Source: Octopus vulgaris
Taxonomy: Eukaryota
Reading direction: 5' to 3'
Assembly (NCBI GenBank): GCA_951406725.2
Contig: OX597815.1
Location: 126,480,001 to 126,544,000 of the forward strand
Length of the DNA: 64,000 bases
Shown here: positions 1-12,900 of the stretch, one piece after another
How positions within the stretch are numbered: the stretch's first letter is position 1
Layout: each line of letters opens with the position of its first letter
Made by a program: the position numbers and the translations under genes
The notes under the pieces: generated by a model
Seen by the model: the letters and a program-made list of their open reading frames with translations, nothing else
What the model was told of the DNA's origin: nothing
Database searches by the model: none

Positions 1-269
1 TTTTCCCACACGCTTGCCTATATTCTGACCAATGCAAAAGCGCACGTCGTGTCTCGTTTGATAAGCGGGAACGTGAAATTCAAATAATTAAATGTAAGGT
101 GCCAGCTGCTATAATTAGATATGCATACATAGTAATAAATATATATATACACACACACAATGTATGTGCACAAATACACAAACTATATGGTTTATGAGAC
201 TGATAGAACTGAACCCCAAATGAAGATGACTTTAAATATATATTTTATGAGTTTAGAAGAAGGGATAGT

Positions 270-1050
270 GTTCATGGCCCTTGAAGGTCCTGCTAGACCA
301 GTGAGATTGATGTCATTTATGTTCCGTTAAACTGCTGTGCGTCGAACTTACATGGAAGATATCAGCTAAGAGGATACTCCAGACGGCCGTTGTTCAAGTA
401 AGGTAGATAATGACTGGCATACAATTAGGTACAGGGTTTGGGGAGCTGGAGACAAGTGTTTCGAGAGGTGGAGAGAATAAGAGTGTCTAGGTGATGGAAA
501 AACAAAGCCAGTCAGTTCCAACAAGCAGTGGCCATAACAGCAGTGGTAGAAAGAGCAGAGAGATAAGATAGCACTTCTGTGAGAAAGAGGCTGGAGCATG
601 TCCGAGACTGGTTTTATGCCAAATCGAGCGGCCTTTCCTTGTATGAAGTCCAGAGTGTCAATACAGCATTGGGCATCTCATTCGTGCTTTCGCTAGTTGT
701 AAGTGCTGTTCATGCTTATTGGGCATGATGGCGTTTCAATACTAGCAGTGCTTTTGTGGTCTCCGTAAATGGAATCAATGCACATTTAATGTTGATAATG
801 GATGATACATGGTTAGGGAAGGTTGGAGAGGAGCGAAATGTCTTATCTACACAAAAAAGGGTATTTCTGGAGGTAATAACAAACAGGTCACTTGATACAT
901 TGAAAGAAGACAGTGAAGACTTAAAGACTTGTTTGGTTCAATTCGGTCGGAGATTGAACCGTCCAATTCGGTCGGAGATTAATCGGAAATGGTTGTTTAA
1001 CTCGTTTTAGCAAAAATACCTCTATCGTCAGTAAATGGGTGATTTATCCA
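270..1050 (-). mobile_element. Degenerate CR1-like LINE 3' fragment (RT C-terminus); boundaries approximate
   Basis: ORF 366..599 LQPLSHRSAILSLCSFYHCCYGHCLLEL resembles the QPLSHRRxxxSLxxFYxYYxGxCSxEL C-terminal signature of invertebrate CR1-type ORF2; neighbouring frames have stops. Confidence 0.55.
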
Positions 1051-2395
1051 TACTGCTTAGTCTATGCAACCACGTTCACTGATGGACACTTTACACATTG
1101 CCGTTTCTACTTCATTCACTAACAGGTTACACAAACAAATTAAATCGTATTCTTTCAAATCAATACAATTTGTTTTCCTTACTAAAATTTTTGTATGCGT
1201 ACGCGAGAGAATCACGTGACTAAAGTGAAACTAGCAAACATTCTAACGAGAATGGTATTTCACGAATCTGATTTGCTAAGTGATCTTTAACGAAAGCCTT
1301 TACTTCGCAGTTACACTAAATATTTGTAAATACAGAATTTATTTCTTTATATCACAAATTAACGTTACAAAACTAGCATTGATAATTGTATCTAATTACA
1401 TTTTCTCTAAAGTTCTCGATAAACATTCTCTTTAAATTTTTTCCATGTCACCGTAAAATTTATTTCCTGGTGAATTAAATCGTCTGTTTCGATTCTCTAA
1501 CGTAGTTATTTCATTTCACTACTTTTCGTCACTAATACCCTAAATTAAAAACAATGTCAACTTTCCATTTTTTCTCTAACAGTTTCGAGATTCATGTCCT
1601 TAATATGAAACAAATTTTACCTATAGTCTTTTTTTTAATAAAAAATTATCTAGAAATGCTTGGTTGGTATATATAAATTAGTATCTGATATAAATAAATT
1701 ACAAAGTAATTATTATGTAGTATTGCTTTAAAAAACAATGCAAGATTAAATATTTTCTTTTAAGCAAATATATTTTTCGACATTTTAATTTTTATGAATT
1801 TCCAAACAAATAATTTCATGGTTTAATAGACTCAAATTAGAAGAATGCCTTGTTTAGTGTATTGTAACCTATGAAATGAAATGTTTCTAACATCTTGATG
1901 CCAAAATAAATTTCCCATAACAGCTGTGAAAATAAAAATGCGGGATTTAAAAACATTAAGAAAAGCAATTATTCTAAAGTGTTTAAAAAACACTTAGATT
2001 ATTGTTTCAAATAAACGATGCAAGTAAATATTTAGCACAAAAAAAAAGATATTTCTTACATTTCTGACAGACTTTTCATCAGATATTGAAAAACCTTCTT
2101 CAGAACTACTTCACTATTCGCCAACATACCTTAGGTTTGGGATTTTTACTCAGCTGACTTCTTTTTATAAATAGCAGACCATTAGTTTTATTGAATTTCC
2201 CTGATTACATTAAAAAAAAAGATTATTTTGACTGAGCACAAATAATAATCCGTATTCTCGGAGCATGCAGGCTTTTCCATATCAGAGTATTTTTTCTCGA
2301 ACACTAGGATTGAGAAGCCGGCTACCCGGTTTCCACAGCGTATAAGTCATCAAGTTCACATTTTCACTGATTGAGATGCCGGTTCGCTTCATGGT

Positions 2396-2547
2396 TCAAG
2401 GCCAGTAATTTTGAGGAGAGAGGGTAAGTCAATCATATCGACCCCGAAGGGATGAAAGGCAAAATTGACCACGGTCGAACTCAGAAAGTAAAGAATCGAA
2501 AGAAATACCGCTAAGTATTTTGTTCGGCGCACTAACTATTCCGCCGT
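2396..2547 (-). mobile_element. tRNA-derived SINE, family A (degenerate copy)
   Basis: Shares ATCGACCCCGAAGGGATGAAAGGCAAA...GAACTCAGAA...AAATACCGCTAAG with other copies in the window. Confidence 0.7.
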
Positions 2548-2599
2548 TCATTTTAATTTTATGCGTAATAATTCTATAACTCGTAATAATACTACTATA

Positions 2600-2785
2600 G
2601 GCACAAGGCCTGAAATTTGGGGAAGGGAGATAGTTGATTAGATCGACCCCAGTATTAAACTGGTACTTATTTTATCGACCCCGAAAGGTTAGAAGACAAA
2701 GAATTTGAACTCAGAACATGAAGACGGACGAAATGCCGCTCAGTATTTCACCCGGTGTGCTAACGATTTTGTCAGCTCGCTGCCT
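2600..2785 (-). mobile_element. tRNA-derived SINE, family A
   Basis: GGCACAAGGCC...ATCGACCCCAG...ATCGACCCCGAAAGG...AATTTGAACTCAGAAC...CAGCTCGCTGCC; reverse complement has a B-box-like GAGTTCAAATTC. Confidence 0.8.
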
Positions 2786-3788
2786 CGTAATAATGAAATA
2801 ATTTTAACAATCATTGCGCATTCTCACATAGGGAAATTTCAATTTATCTTTTTGGCAGATAATCAGAGGCAATTATATTGGGTTGTTAAATAAATTCGTT
2901 TTTTTTCTTCTTTCGATGTGGCACTCCATCGTCACATGTCTGAAAAGAGGTAAAATCTATCCAAATTTCAGACACGATAAAGGAAAAATGCAGAGGAAGA
3001 GCAGAGTTACAAAAACCCCATAAAATACAATGATAAAAATTTGTTGGTGTTAATTCAAATAACATTGGAAAGGATTAAAGTAAGTGGGGGAAGGGGGGAA
3101 TTTATCTGACAATCCAATATTTAATGCTGCAGGACTGAAATGAGCATGCTGAACATAGAAAGTAAACTAACGACTAGCTTAACGTTCGCCGCTGACTACA
3201 TTGATTGTGAAGCCAAGATCAAGAACTGCGAAAGACAGATTTGTATGATCAGTAAAAAATTTTAAAACATTTCTCAAATATATTAATTCTAAATAAGATT
3301 CAATTAGAAAAAAATTGGAAAAGAATATACTATCAACAAACCGTAAAAAAATGCTCTTTCGTGGGTCAGTTTTTCCTTTAGGTGGGGAGGTGCTGGTCAA
3401 ACAAAGCAAACAATTTTTTTAATAATTCTTTGATTTATTTTTATTTATTTTATTTTGGTTTTCTTTCAGGTACAAATATTGAAAATTATATCTGAAATAT
3501 CACGTCCAATTCTGAATATATAAAAACTAGACAAATGTCATGAGAAAAATGTTGACCTAAACATTATGATTAACAAATAAAATAAAGCAAAAAAATTGAA
3601 ATCATCAAAACTTGTTTAGCTGAAACAATGCTGAAATATACAGTTTATTTATATATTTTTGCATCATGCAAAAACAGATCCATAACAATTATCCGTGATA
3701 TCTGGAATTTATACACACAGACAACTACGCAGTGAGGATTAATGACAAAGTGTATTAGACACGAAATACCAACAACTGCTGCGGTAGA

Positions 3789-3908
3789 CTAACATAAGTA
3801 AGTCAACATTCCTTTGGTTGCTTTCCGGAGTGGTTGAGTTGCACTCAGAGCAGGATGGTGGCTTATACAGCCATATTTTGATTGTAGCGCAAACTTATGA
3901 CGAGGACC
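3789..3908 (-). CDS. Cyclin terminal coding exon (GPRHKFALQSKYGCIS...TYLC*)
   Basis: Acceptor tcttctctcttcag|GGT, phase 0, resembles the cyclin B C-terminal AVxxKYxxxKxxxIS segment, ends in TAG. Confidence 0.75.
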   Translation of the reverse strand, partial: GPRHKFALQSKYGCISHHPALSATQPLRKATKGMLTYLC

Positions 3909-6900
3909 CTGAAGAGAGAAGATAAACATGAAAATATAGTTTATTATATCATAAACGAGCCTTTCGGTTGGGTCATACTATTGACTTACCCGCCCTTAAA
4001 TAAAATGTAAAGATTTAAATTACAGATTTTAACTTTCTTCATCAATTTATATCAATGGAAAATAAGCTTTAATAGTTTCTATATTTGTATAAATCTATTC
4101 TTCTCACATATACGAATTTGGCGTATCGTCAGATCCACAAAAAGAATAACTAACTTTTTCAACAAGCATTGTTTTAATGAATATATTTTTCGATATATAG
4201 TTTAGATATACTTATATAAATTTTCTGATTAATTCTAGTACAAAGGCAGTAATAGTGGGTGCGGGTAGGCTGCTAGTGATAATAATGCTGTCTTCTATTT
4301 TTCTTTTTACGCTAAAAAGTTTCTTCGCGATGCTGTTAGGAAAACATTGAAAACTCTGGCTTAAGAAATCTGTTTCTCCAGATCCTTTCCTTCAAACTTT
4401 TCTAATCATAACTGCGTATTTGATTATCTTACCTTGCGCTGAGAACGTGTGTCTGAAACCATCTTTCTCTGAAAATAATTTCCACTAAGAATAATGAAAA
4501 CACCTCTTGGCACAGAAATCAACAATGTTAATCCTTTCTGTTGAAGGCACAAAGCCATAAAATTTATGGGAGTGAGTTAGTTGATTACATCGAGCCCACT
4601 ATGCAACAGGTACTTTATTTTATTGACCTTGAAAGGATGAAAGGCAAAATCTATCTCGGCGGAATTTGAACTCAGATCGTAGCGGCAGATGAAATACCTA
4701 TTTCTTTACTACCCACAAGGGGCTAAACACAGAGGGAACAAACAAGGATAGACACACGGATTAAGTCAATTACATCGACCCCAGTGCGTACTGGTACTTC
4801 TTTAATCGACCCCGAAAGGATGAAAGGCAAAGTCGACCTCGGCGAAACTTGAACTCGGAACGTAATGGCAAACGAAATACCGCCTAGCATTTCACCCGGC
4901 GTGCTAACGTTTCTGCCAGCTCGCCGCCATAATAATAATACTTTTCAAGTTATGTCATCAAATTGTTGAATTGGCGGGAATTTTTCCGAATCACTTCTGA
5001 CTAGTGCATTCCACAGTTTAGTTATATTACATTTTCATATTTTTTATGACTTACTAAAACTTATAACCCCAAACACACATTCTCCCAGACAAATGATACT
5101 TGCATTCTCTCTGTGTTCCACACAGGTTTTTTACATGTACGAGCTAGACACATCATGCCATGTACTGAAACACTATTAAAATGTGACAACCTAGTCTTCT
5201 TCAGAAGTATAAGACAATCTCTTTAGGTATCAAAGAGAGAGATCGGCACTATACCCTCCCTAATAATGAGCAACACATAACTAAAACATTTACAATCCCT
5301 GGTTTTCTCATGTGAAAACTTCATATCAACAACTTAAAGTTATCTTGAAGATATTGCGTTCTGTATCATTATAATTTTTTGATCAGTTACAGACATTCAA
5401 CAAAGTCCAAGCGCAAATCAAAAGTCAGGTTTTTTTTAGTTCTTTGGTTAAAATTTAGTTTACAGGAAGAGTTCCTTCTAATATAACAGATTCTGCTCGT
5501 CAGAACTAAAACACTGCTTACCACTTTCGCTCCGGTTCATCCAACACACCTACCTTTCCTTTCTTCGCCGTACTTAACATGCCTCATCGCTCTAAACCTT
5601 ACAATATGTTTTTTTTTACATTCCTTCTCTTAATTTCAATTTATGGAGTTCATATATATCACATAAATATCAGCTTGCAGAAATTCATGCTAAGCATTAA
5701 CTGCGTCACACATTAACTACATTCGAAGGGTCTGAAACGATAGGGAGTGCTAAGTAATCTCCTTCGAGTGAATATTGTTATTGTCTAGAAAAGGTATACG
5801 TATCAATTGAAAGTAACCAGAATCATTGTACTCTATGTGTAATCCAGTAGATCTGCAATACATTATTCTCTTTCATTCGTGAAATATTTAAATAAGCTGC
5901 AGCAAATTAAAAATTGTTGTATCCTGTTGTAGACACTGATTTTGTCTTTAGAATGCCTTGAGACTTCATAAAGAAGATAGATTATTATGAAATATTACTG
6001 TCCTCACAGAACAGAAAAATTCTTTGCTTCATAAAATAGACTAATTGAACAATTACAACCTGTAATATTCTAAAATTACAAATTATTAATATCTGTCTAA
6101 TATAAAAAAAAATATTGATTTTAGAGATTATTTTGCATTGTTCGTATAACGAATTACTTTCCCTCTAATAGAAAATATTTTTAATGCTGCTAAATTAATT
6201 TCTTTTAAAATGACTCAGAAGTTGAAGGTTGTTACTGCTGTGTCAGAATAACGAGATTACAAGTTCGCAAACGAATATCAACTTTGGCTGTAACATCAAA
6301 TGTCAGAATTTTAGAATATAAAATACAAATATAAGCATGTTTGTAATTCTAAAACTTTTTTTCAAAATAACTTTATATATGGTCTAAATGTCACTCCGCA
6401 CCAGACATCGACATGGAACTTAAACATTCCATGTTCGTAATGAAAGCCATATGCTACAAATCTATTCCGGAACACATTATCATCACACACAGGAACGAAA
6501 TCCCAAAGGAGAGGAAAATTCTTAGGACGACAGACAAAGATTGCAAATCGCGTAGACAAACATCTCAAAAGTAGTGAAAAATCCCGGCTGAAAAACACCA
6601 CTAACGGAGATTGAGAAAATTCTGCAACAAACCCGTGAAAAAGAGAGAGAGCAGATAAAGAAGCCCGGGTATAAAGAATATAAAGTCAAACTTTAAATTG
6701 AAGGTAAGTGAAATACTGAACGAACGCTTCAAAAGTGTTTTTAAACCACATTAGGACACAGGCAAGTAAACAAACCAGCGCAGTTCTTTGCCACCACATC
6801 TGGACCAAAGAGAGCAATGATTGATTACATCGACATCAAAGAAGATGTAAACCTCGCCATAGATGTGGTAGAAGCACACTCAGCTGCTGACCTTGGTGCA

Positions 6901-9900
6901 TCCCCAGCAATCTTTCTTATCTCATGTAAACGAGTCCAAGCAAAACTACTTCAGTTTCTTTTACAGAGAGTGGTAAACTCCCTGGCAAATTAAAGGAAGC
7001 AGCAGAGCTAAAACAAATTAACCTATCTGTCTGATCTCACATCAGCAAAGTCATGGAACAAATAGTCAGGAGGAAATTAATCACGTACCTTGAAGGAAAT
7101 GACTTGCTGACTAATACCCAGTGTGGCTTTCGACTAGATAGCAGCTGCCCGACGCCTCTCTTACAGCACTACGACTTGGTGTTAATGCAGCTATTCAGTA
7201 ACTCACGTGGACGTGATATATCTCGATTTTGATAAAGTTAACCATGATATGATACATCGCAAACTGCGGGACTTTGGTATAATCCAAAAACTTGAAGATG
7301 GCTACATGACTTTTTAAAGATAGAAGTCAGGCTATGGTAGCCAATGGAGATACCTCTGAGGAAACACAAATAGCGAGTGATGTTCCTCAGGGCACTTCTA
7401 TTCATAGTGGCCATCTCAATCATACCCTCAAATGTTCAGATCGCCATCTTTGCTAGCAATGTAGATGACACAAAAGTTTCTCAGGGTATACAGAACCCTA
7501 GAGATGCTACGCACCTGCAACAAGGGTTAAAAACAATATATAGGTGGGCTGACACCAATAACATGCAGTTTCATGCTGTAAAACATTCATTCATGCAATA
7601 GGTGTCAATAACTAAACTATACTCGTCACACTCAAGCGTATATGGCATGATAACATGTATACGTGCCTTGATTTTGTAAAATGTTTTAGGTGCCTGTGTA
7701 ATCGTGAGCTAATATGGACAACCTCTCAGCCTTCCGACTCTTGATTCGGCGTAATATTCAAGATATGATAGATGGAGGAAGAAAGAGGTACACCAGTATT
7801 TGTCTAGTACTTATTTTAGCTGAGTGAAGCACAACGCGTCATCCAGCCTAGAAATCGAATCCCAACCAATGAGCCATACAACTTTCACAATACATTCATA
7901 TATAGCTTTCGATATCATTTTAAAAATAGTAGGCTATGATTTAAGGGAAATTTTGCAGCTATTTCTGACATGTCAAGTGCCAATGTACCGGTGAGTATTG
8001 CTGGAGGCCGTGTACTATAGTAGTGTATGCATACTAAACCAGAAGAATGCTAAAGTACTTTTATAGATTAATCCTGGATTGCCTAACACGAAGAGAAAAT
8101 ATTTTAAATGAAGCGGTATAACATTAAATTGTTTATAATTTAAGCGATTTCTTATATACAAAAATGTTGTCTAATTTATTTCGAGAAAAGACAGAAAATT
8201 TACAGTATTTATGCATTTAATGAAACCTAGATTGCCTTTATGAAACTTGGGCGTTTCAACGAAAATATTCAGATTTAGTGAAGTAAACTATCCTTGGTCG
8301 ATACAAAAACGGGTTGTAGTTTTGACTTGATAAGAGTTCATCTCTACATCCACACCACTAACTATCGCTTTATATAAGAAAAAATATATAAGACTAAATC
8401 GATCGCAGTGTGTTACTGGTATTTATTTTTTAACTGATGTGAAAGGAAAGCCTCAATTACATGAAAAATGTTGGTAAAAGTTATACCGTCAAATGAATCT
8501 AACACTTTTATACACAGTAGTTATTAAATTACTTCCAACAAAATTTCGATAGAATCAATCTAAAAAAACTTAGTCCAACACCGTTTCTACCATCTTACAT
8601 CACAATTAAAGTGGTATCCTTTCTAATAGAATAACAAAAGATATATTCATGTCAAAGTCACTGGCAATATCTGAACAAAATGTATGTAATAAGAAATCGG
8701 TCATAAAATAAAAATATTTTCATGTTTTTGAGGTCTTTTTATTTTCGGTTTTTATGTTACTTTATTTTTATTTATTTGCATCTTGTAAACAATCGTGTGA
8801 TATCCATTCTATTCTAAAGTAAATCATTGAAATGATCGTAGTGGTAATCGAAACCCATTAGCAGACTCAGATTATCAAAAACTTGTAGCATCATCTGCTA
8901 CAAGTTGATTCCAGTGTCAATCGAACTCTGAGCATTCAACTAACAAATAATCTAGGTTAGTACTCATGTTCAAAAAGTAAATCTATGCCATTTATGAAGT
9001 TTTCAAATGGAATAACTGGGCTAAGAGGAATAACTGGGCTAAGAACAACACTACTTAAATGTCCATGCAGTGCAATTAAATCAAGCGGCACATAAGTTCT
9101 AATCCTCGCAGAAATCTTTATGGTAGACTGAAATACTAAGTTTTGCTAGATAGATAAAAGGAGGGTAAGTTTTAGGACATATGATGCATCATAAGTTATG
9201 AATATTGGTAAAAAAAAACCAGAAAACCACTAAAACTATGTAGGAAAATATTCAGTTAAAATATTCGAAATGAATTAGCCATAATTTTAATAGATAGATC
9301 CTATGAGTATCAGGAAAGTTAGTGAACTGTTGAGATTATCACAGCCATAATTCGTCAAATCTGTCAAAAGCTTGCAATATTGAACAAACATGAAATTGTA
9401 AAGTAAATATGTTCAACTGAAAGTTCCTTAATTTCACTATTGACTGCAAATAGAAATGTCACCGGAAAAGAATATCTAATTATGTAAACCATAGACTTGA
9501 TACTCAGACTTTTGTTAGTGAAGAACCATCAAAACATTGCTCATAAATACGTCAACTCGTACAGAGAATCATGAGCAGAAAAATATTGGCTTAATATAGG
9601 GCAAAGCCAGGATTTAAGCCAAACCATCTTATTTTATCATTATCTATCTATATATTCGAAACTTGTATGTAAAATGAAATTGCTTTTGAGGTATCAGACC
9701 ATCTCTAGACAAGAAGAAATACAATCATCAAGAAGTAAATCTCAACAGTTTAACAGCACATTTACTGTCATTTCGCTTCAAACAACAACTAATGAAACAT
9801 GCGAGAGGTTTTGAGTATTTGAAGCGTAGGCTTCTAATGACATAGCTCATTTTTCTTTAAAATAGCTTTCAAATCATCTGAGAAATGTTGCTGAGGAGAC

Positions 9901-12900
9901 GGCGTCCTATCTAAGTAGACATTTATAGTTTATTCTTTTAATGTCGGTTCTTAAGGGCTCTTTAGTATTACTAAGGCAATTATATATTTTAATCATCATG
10001 CGACTATAACTTTATATGTTGCAAGAGAGACTATAGAAAAGGAGTCAAGGTTTTATTACTAAGCGTTTTCAACAGTAACTTTTATCAATATTCCGGCGTC
10101 ATATATACTACTTTAGTTTCAGCAAAGTACTCTAAGCATAGACTGGAAAACATAAAATTGAAAAATTACTAAATTCAGAAAAAAATCTTATACGTCTGAA
10201 TATATATGTGCGTGTACGTCTACATAATACACTATATGTGAGTGAGTGTGCCCGTGTTTGAAAATAAACTTACTGTCAGACGTATAAATAAGGTCAAATT
10301 CAGTGTAAATTATGAAAATTTTTTTTTTGTGTGTGTGTATATATGATTGATTGATTGATTCCAGTTCCAGCCTATGAGCTGTGGCCATGCTGGGGCACCG
10401 CCATTATATATATATATATATATACACACAAACACACATATAATACTGATTTTCTTTTATCAGATATCTATCTCGGAGGTATATAGTTGATTGTGAAAGT
10501 TGATGGTAAAGTTGGTTCTTGAAATTGATCTATGTGGAAAATTTCGGATCAGCGTTCAATATCTACTCCCAACTCCCCACTATCAATGTTAATATCTTAA
10601 AAACCATATGGATAAATAATAGTTGTAATTTATCCTGTGAACTAGTTTACTCTCACATAGTTCGACCCACACCTAACACCAATCAGATTTCGTGAAATGA
10701 ACAACTCGCGTAAAATTCTCAGAATAACTAGAATGGTTACATGTTCTTTGCTTAGGTGCTTATCTACTGATCCACAATAAAAAAAATATACTGGATGACT
10801 TACCTGATATTCAGATATTTCGACATCAAGTAGCTTCGTTGCTAATTTTTTAACGCAGGAATCCAACTGAAATCGTTTATAGCCAGTATAATAAGTTAAC
10901 CCAGGCGTCCATGCCTCTTTTATGTTAGGTTTCAAAACATATCGAGAAAGTAATAAAGCGGACGCAGTAATTTCTGAAGATCGATAAACCACGAATTCGT
11001 GATCAACTAGGGCCAAGTTCATCAAATACTTACAAAGGTCCTCGACCTATGAAACAAAATAAATTTGTCAGAAATCTAAATAAATATAATTGATGAAAGT
11101 GAGAGTTTCATTAATATTTTATTTTACTTTCTTGCAACAGATAAAATATTTAAAACGGATTTGTCATTTCTAAACCAAGTTCTTGATTATTAAAATGGTT
11201 CTCAAATTTCAATGAAGAAAGGTTATATTTATATTTCTAATACTAAATCAACTAATTGTGTATTAAAATAAAGTTGACTCTGGACAAGGAGCGATCGTAT
11301 TTATACCGACTCAATAAAACCAAATTTGTCCATAAACCTTAATACATCGTGATTGATACTATCGTTTTTATGTGTACCGAGAATCAACTGGGAATTGAAC
11401 AAGTGTCGTAATTTTCATTTGCCAAGAGATTACTGCTATTCTTAGAAACTTTGGCGTAGTACTGTTTATTGTTTTTTTTTTCCTTTATAAACAAAGTTCC
11501 TTTATGCAGATATAGAAAAGACTTGAAAGAGATTAATATGACGAGTTGTCTTGTTACCACAATAGCATAATTCCCCCAGTAAACTTGTGTTTACAACTTT
11601 TTACATATTTATGCATAGATATTTGTTATCTTTAGAGAGAGACCAATTCAGTAATACAGATTCCACCTCAACAACAATACAGATTATACCTCACAGCACA
11701 TGCACACACAGGAGAGCATTGTATATTTACGAGAAAAAAAAACACTTTAAAATGTATGTATTTATTGCTCAATTCTAGTTTAGGAATCATTAAAGAAATT
11801 AAGTTTTAAATTTGTTGCGAGTAGTAAGTCCAATGTGGGTTTCTCAGAAACTAACTTAAACAAATTAGTCAAAGTCATATTCATGATTAAATCTGATATA
11901 ACATTAGGAGGCAGAATCAAAACAAAATATAATTACTCAAGTCCACGATTCATAATGAATTCAGATTTACTATTAAGGTATAATATTGTTTATGTGGACG
12001 CTAATATCCATCAAGTTTATATTCTGGTAATTACAACGAAAGTTCATCCTTGTTGACATAGCTTCAGTTTCTACTAGTATCTCGCTATTTATCATCTCCC
12101 ATGTAGGGTTAGCATATCTTCCCTACCAAAATCATTTGCAGGTTAAAAACAATACACAGTTTTAAATCTAAGTTTTCTCATCACTAATGACAGGTTATCG
12201 TAATACAAAACTAGACAAGTTTCGTGTTCAATGTCTTCAAATATTCTTTTATAAGAATATTTTTAATGAATCAGTCATTTTCCTTTGGACGAGTATGGAA
12301 CCTGCATTTTAGAAGAGAAAGAAAATAGGAGTTTGTGACATCCATACTTTTAAATAAAACCTTTAACGATGAAAGCTAACTGGAAATTGTTTCAAACAGA
12401 AATCGAAACGTTTCCTGTAAAAACAATTTCTACTAAACTTCTAGACATTTTTATACATTGTTTACATCTTATGAATTAAATATTGCTTTAGTTAGATTTT
12501 TTTACCCGATACAAAGGTCATATATTTTTGAGAAAAAGAATTAATAAGTGTAACAATTTAACTTTTATATAACTTTGGTAATCATTAATGGCTTCAGGCA
12601 AAGTAACAGCTCAGTTCAAAAGTGAAAGTGTATGGCATTTGTCAGCAGATTGCCGTACGCCATTCTTCATGCAATAAAATTATATATTTAAGTTTTTTTT
12701 TAAAGATTAGGTTGTTTAATAGGTTAAGATGTGTAATCGGTTGGATTCTCTTGTTATAAGTTATATAAAAATTACGTCTTGATTCTTCTTTCTCTAAAAT
12801 GTTTGTATCCAATCAGAAACAAGCTAACATTTAATTCATAGGATGTAAATAAAGTACCGATAAGAGACAAGTAACTGTAAAGGCTTACTACCTGAGAAGC

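Noticed and set aside
25-90. CCAAT, E2F-like GCGGGAA and CHR-like TTCAAA as a cell-cycle promoter
   Set aside because: Short motifs with no linked gene start in the window; overlap with a repeat-family 13-mer explains it equally well
9009-9044. 18-bp tandem duplication GGAATAACTGGGCTAAGA x2
   Set aside because: Ordinary slippage duplication in an intron
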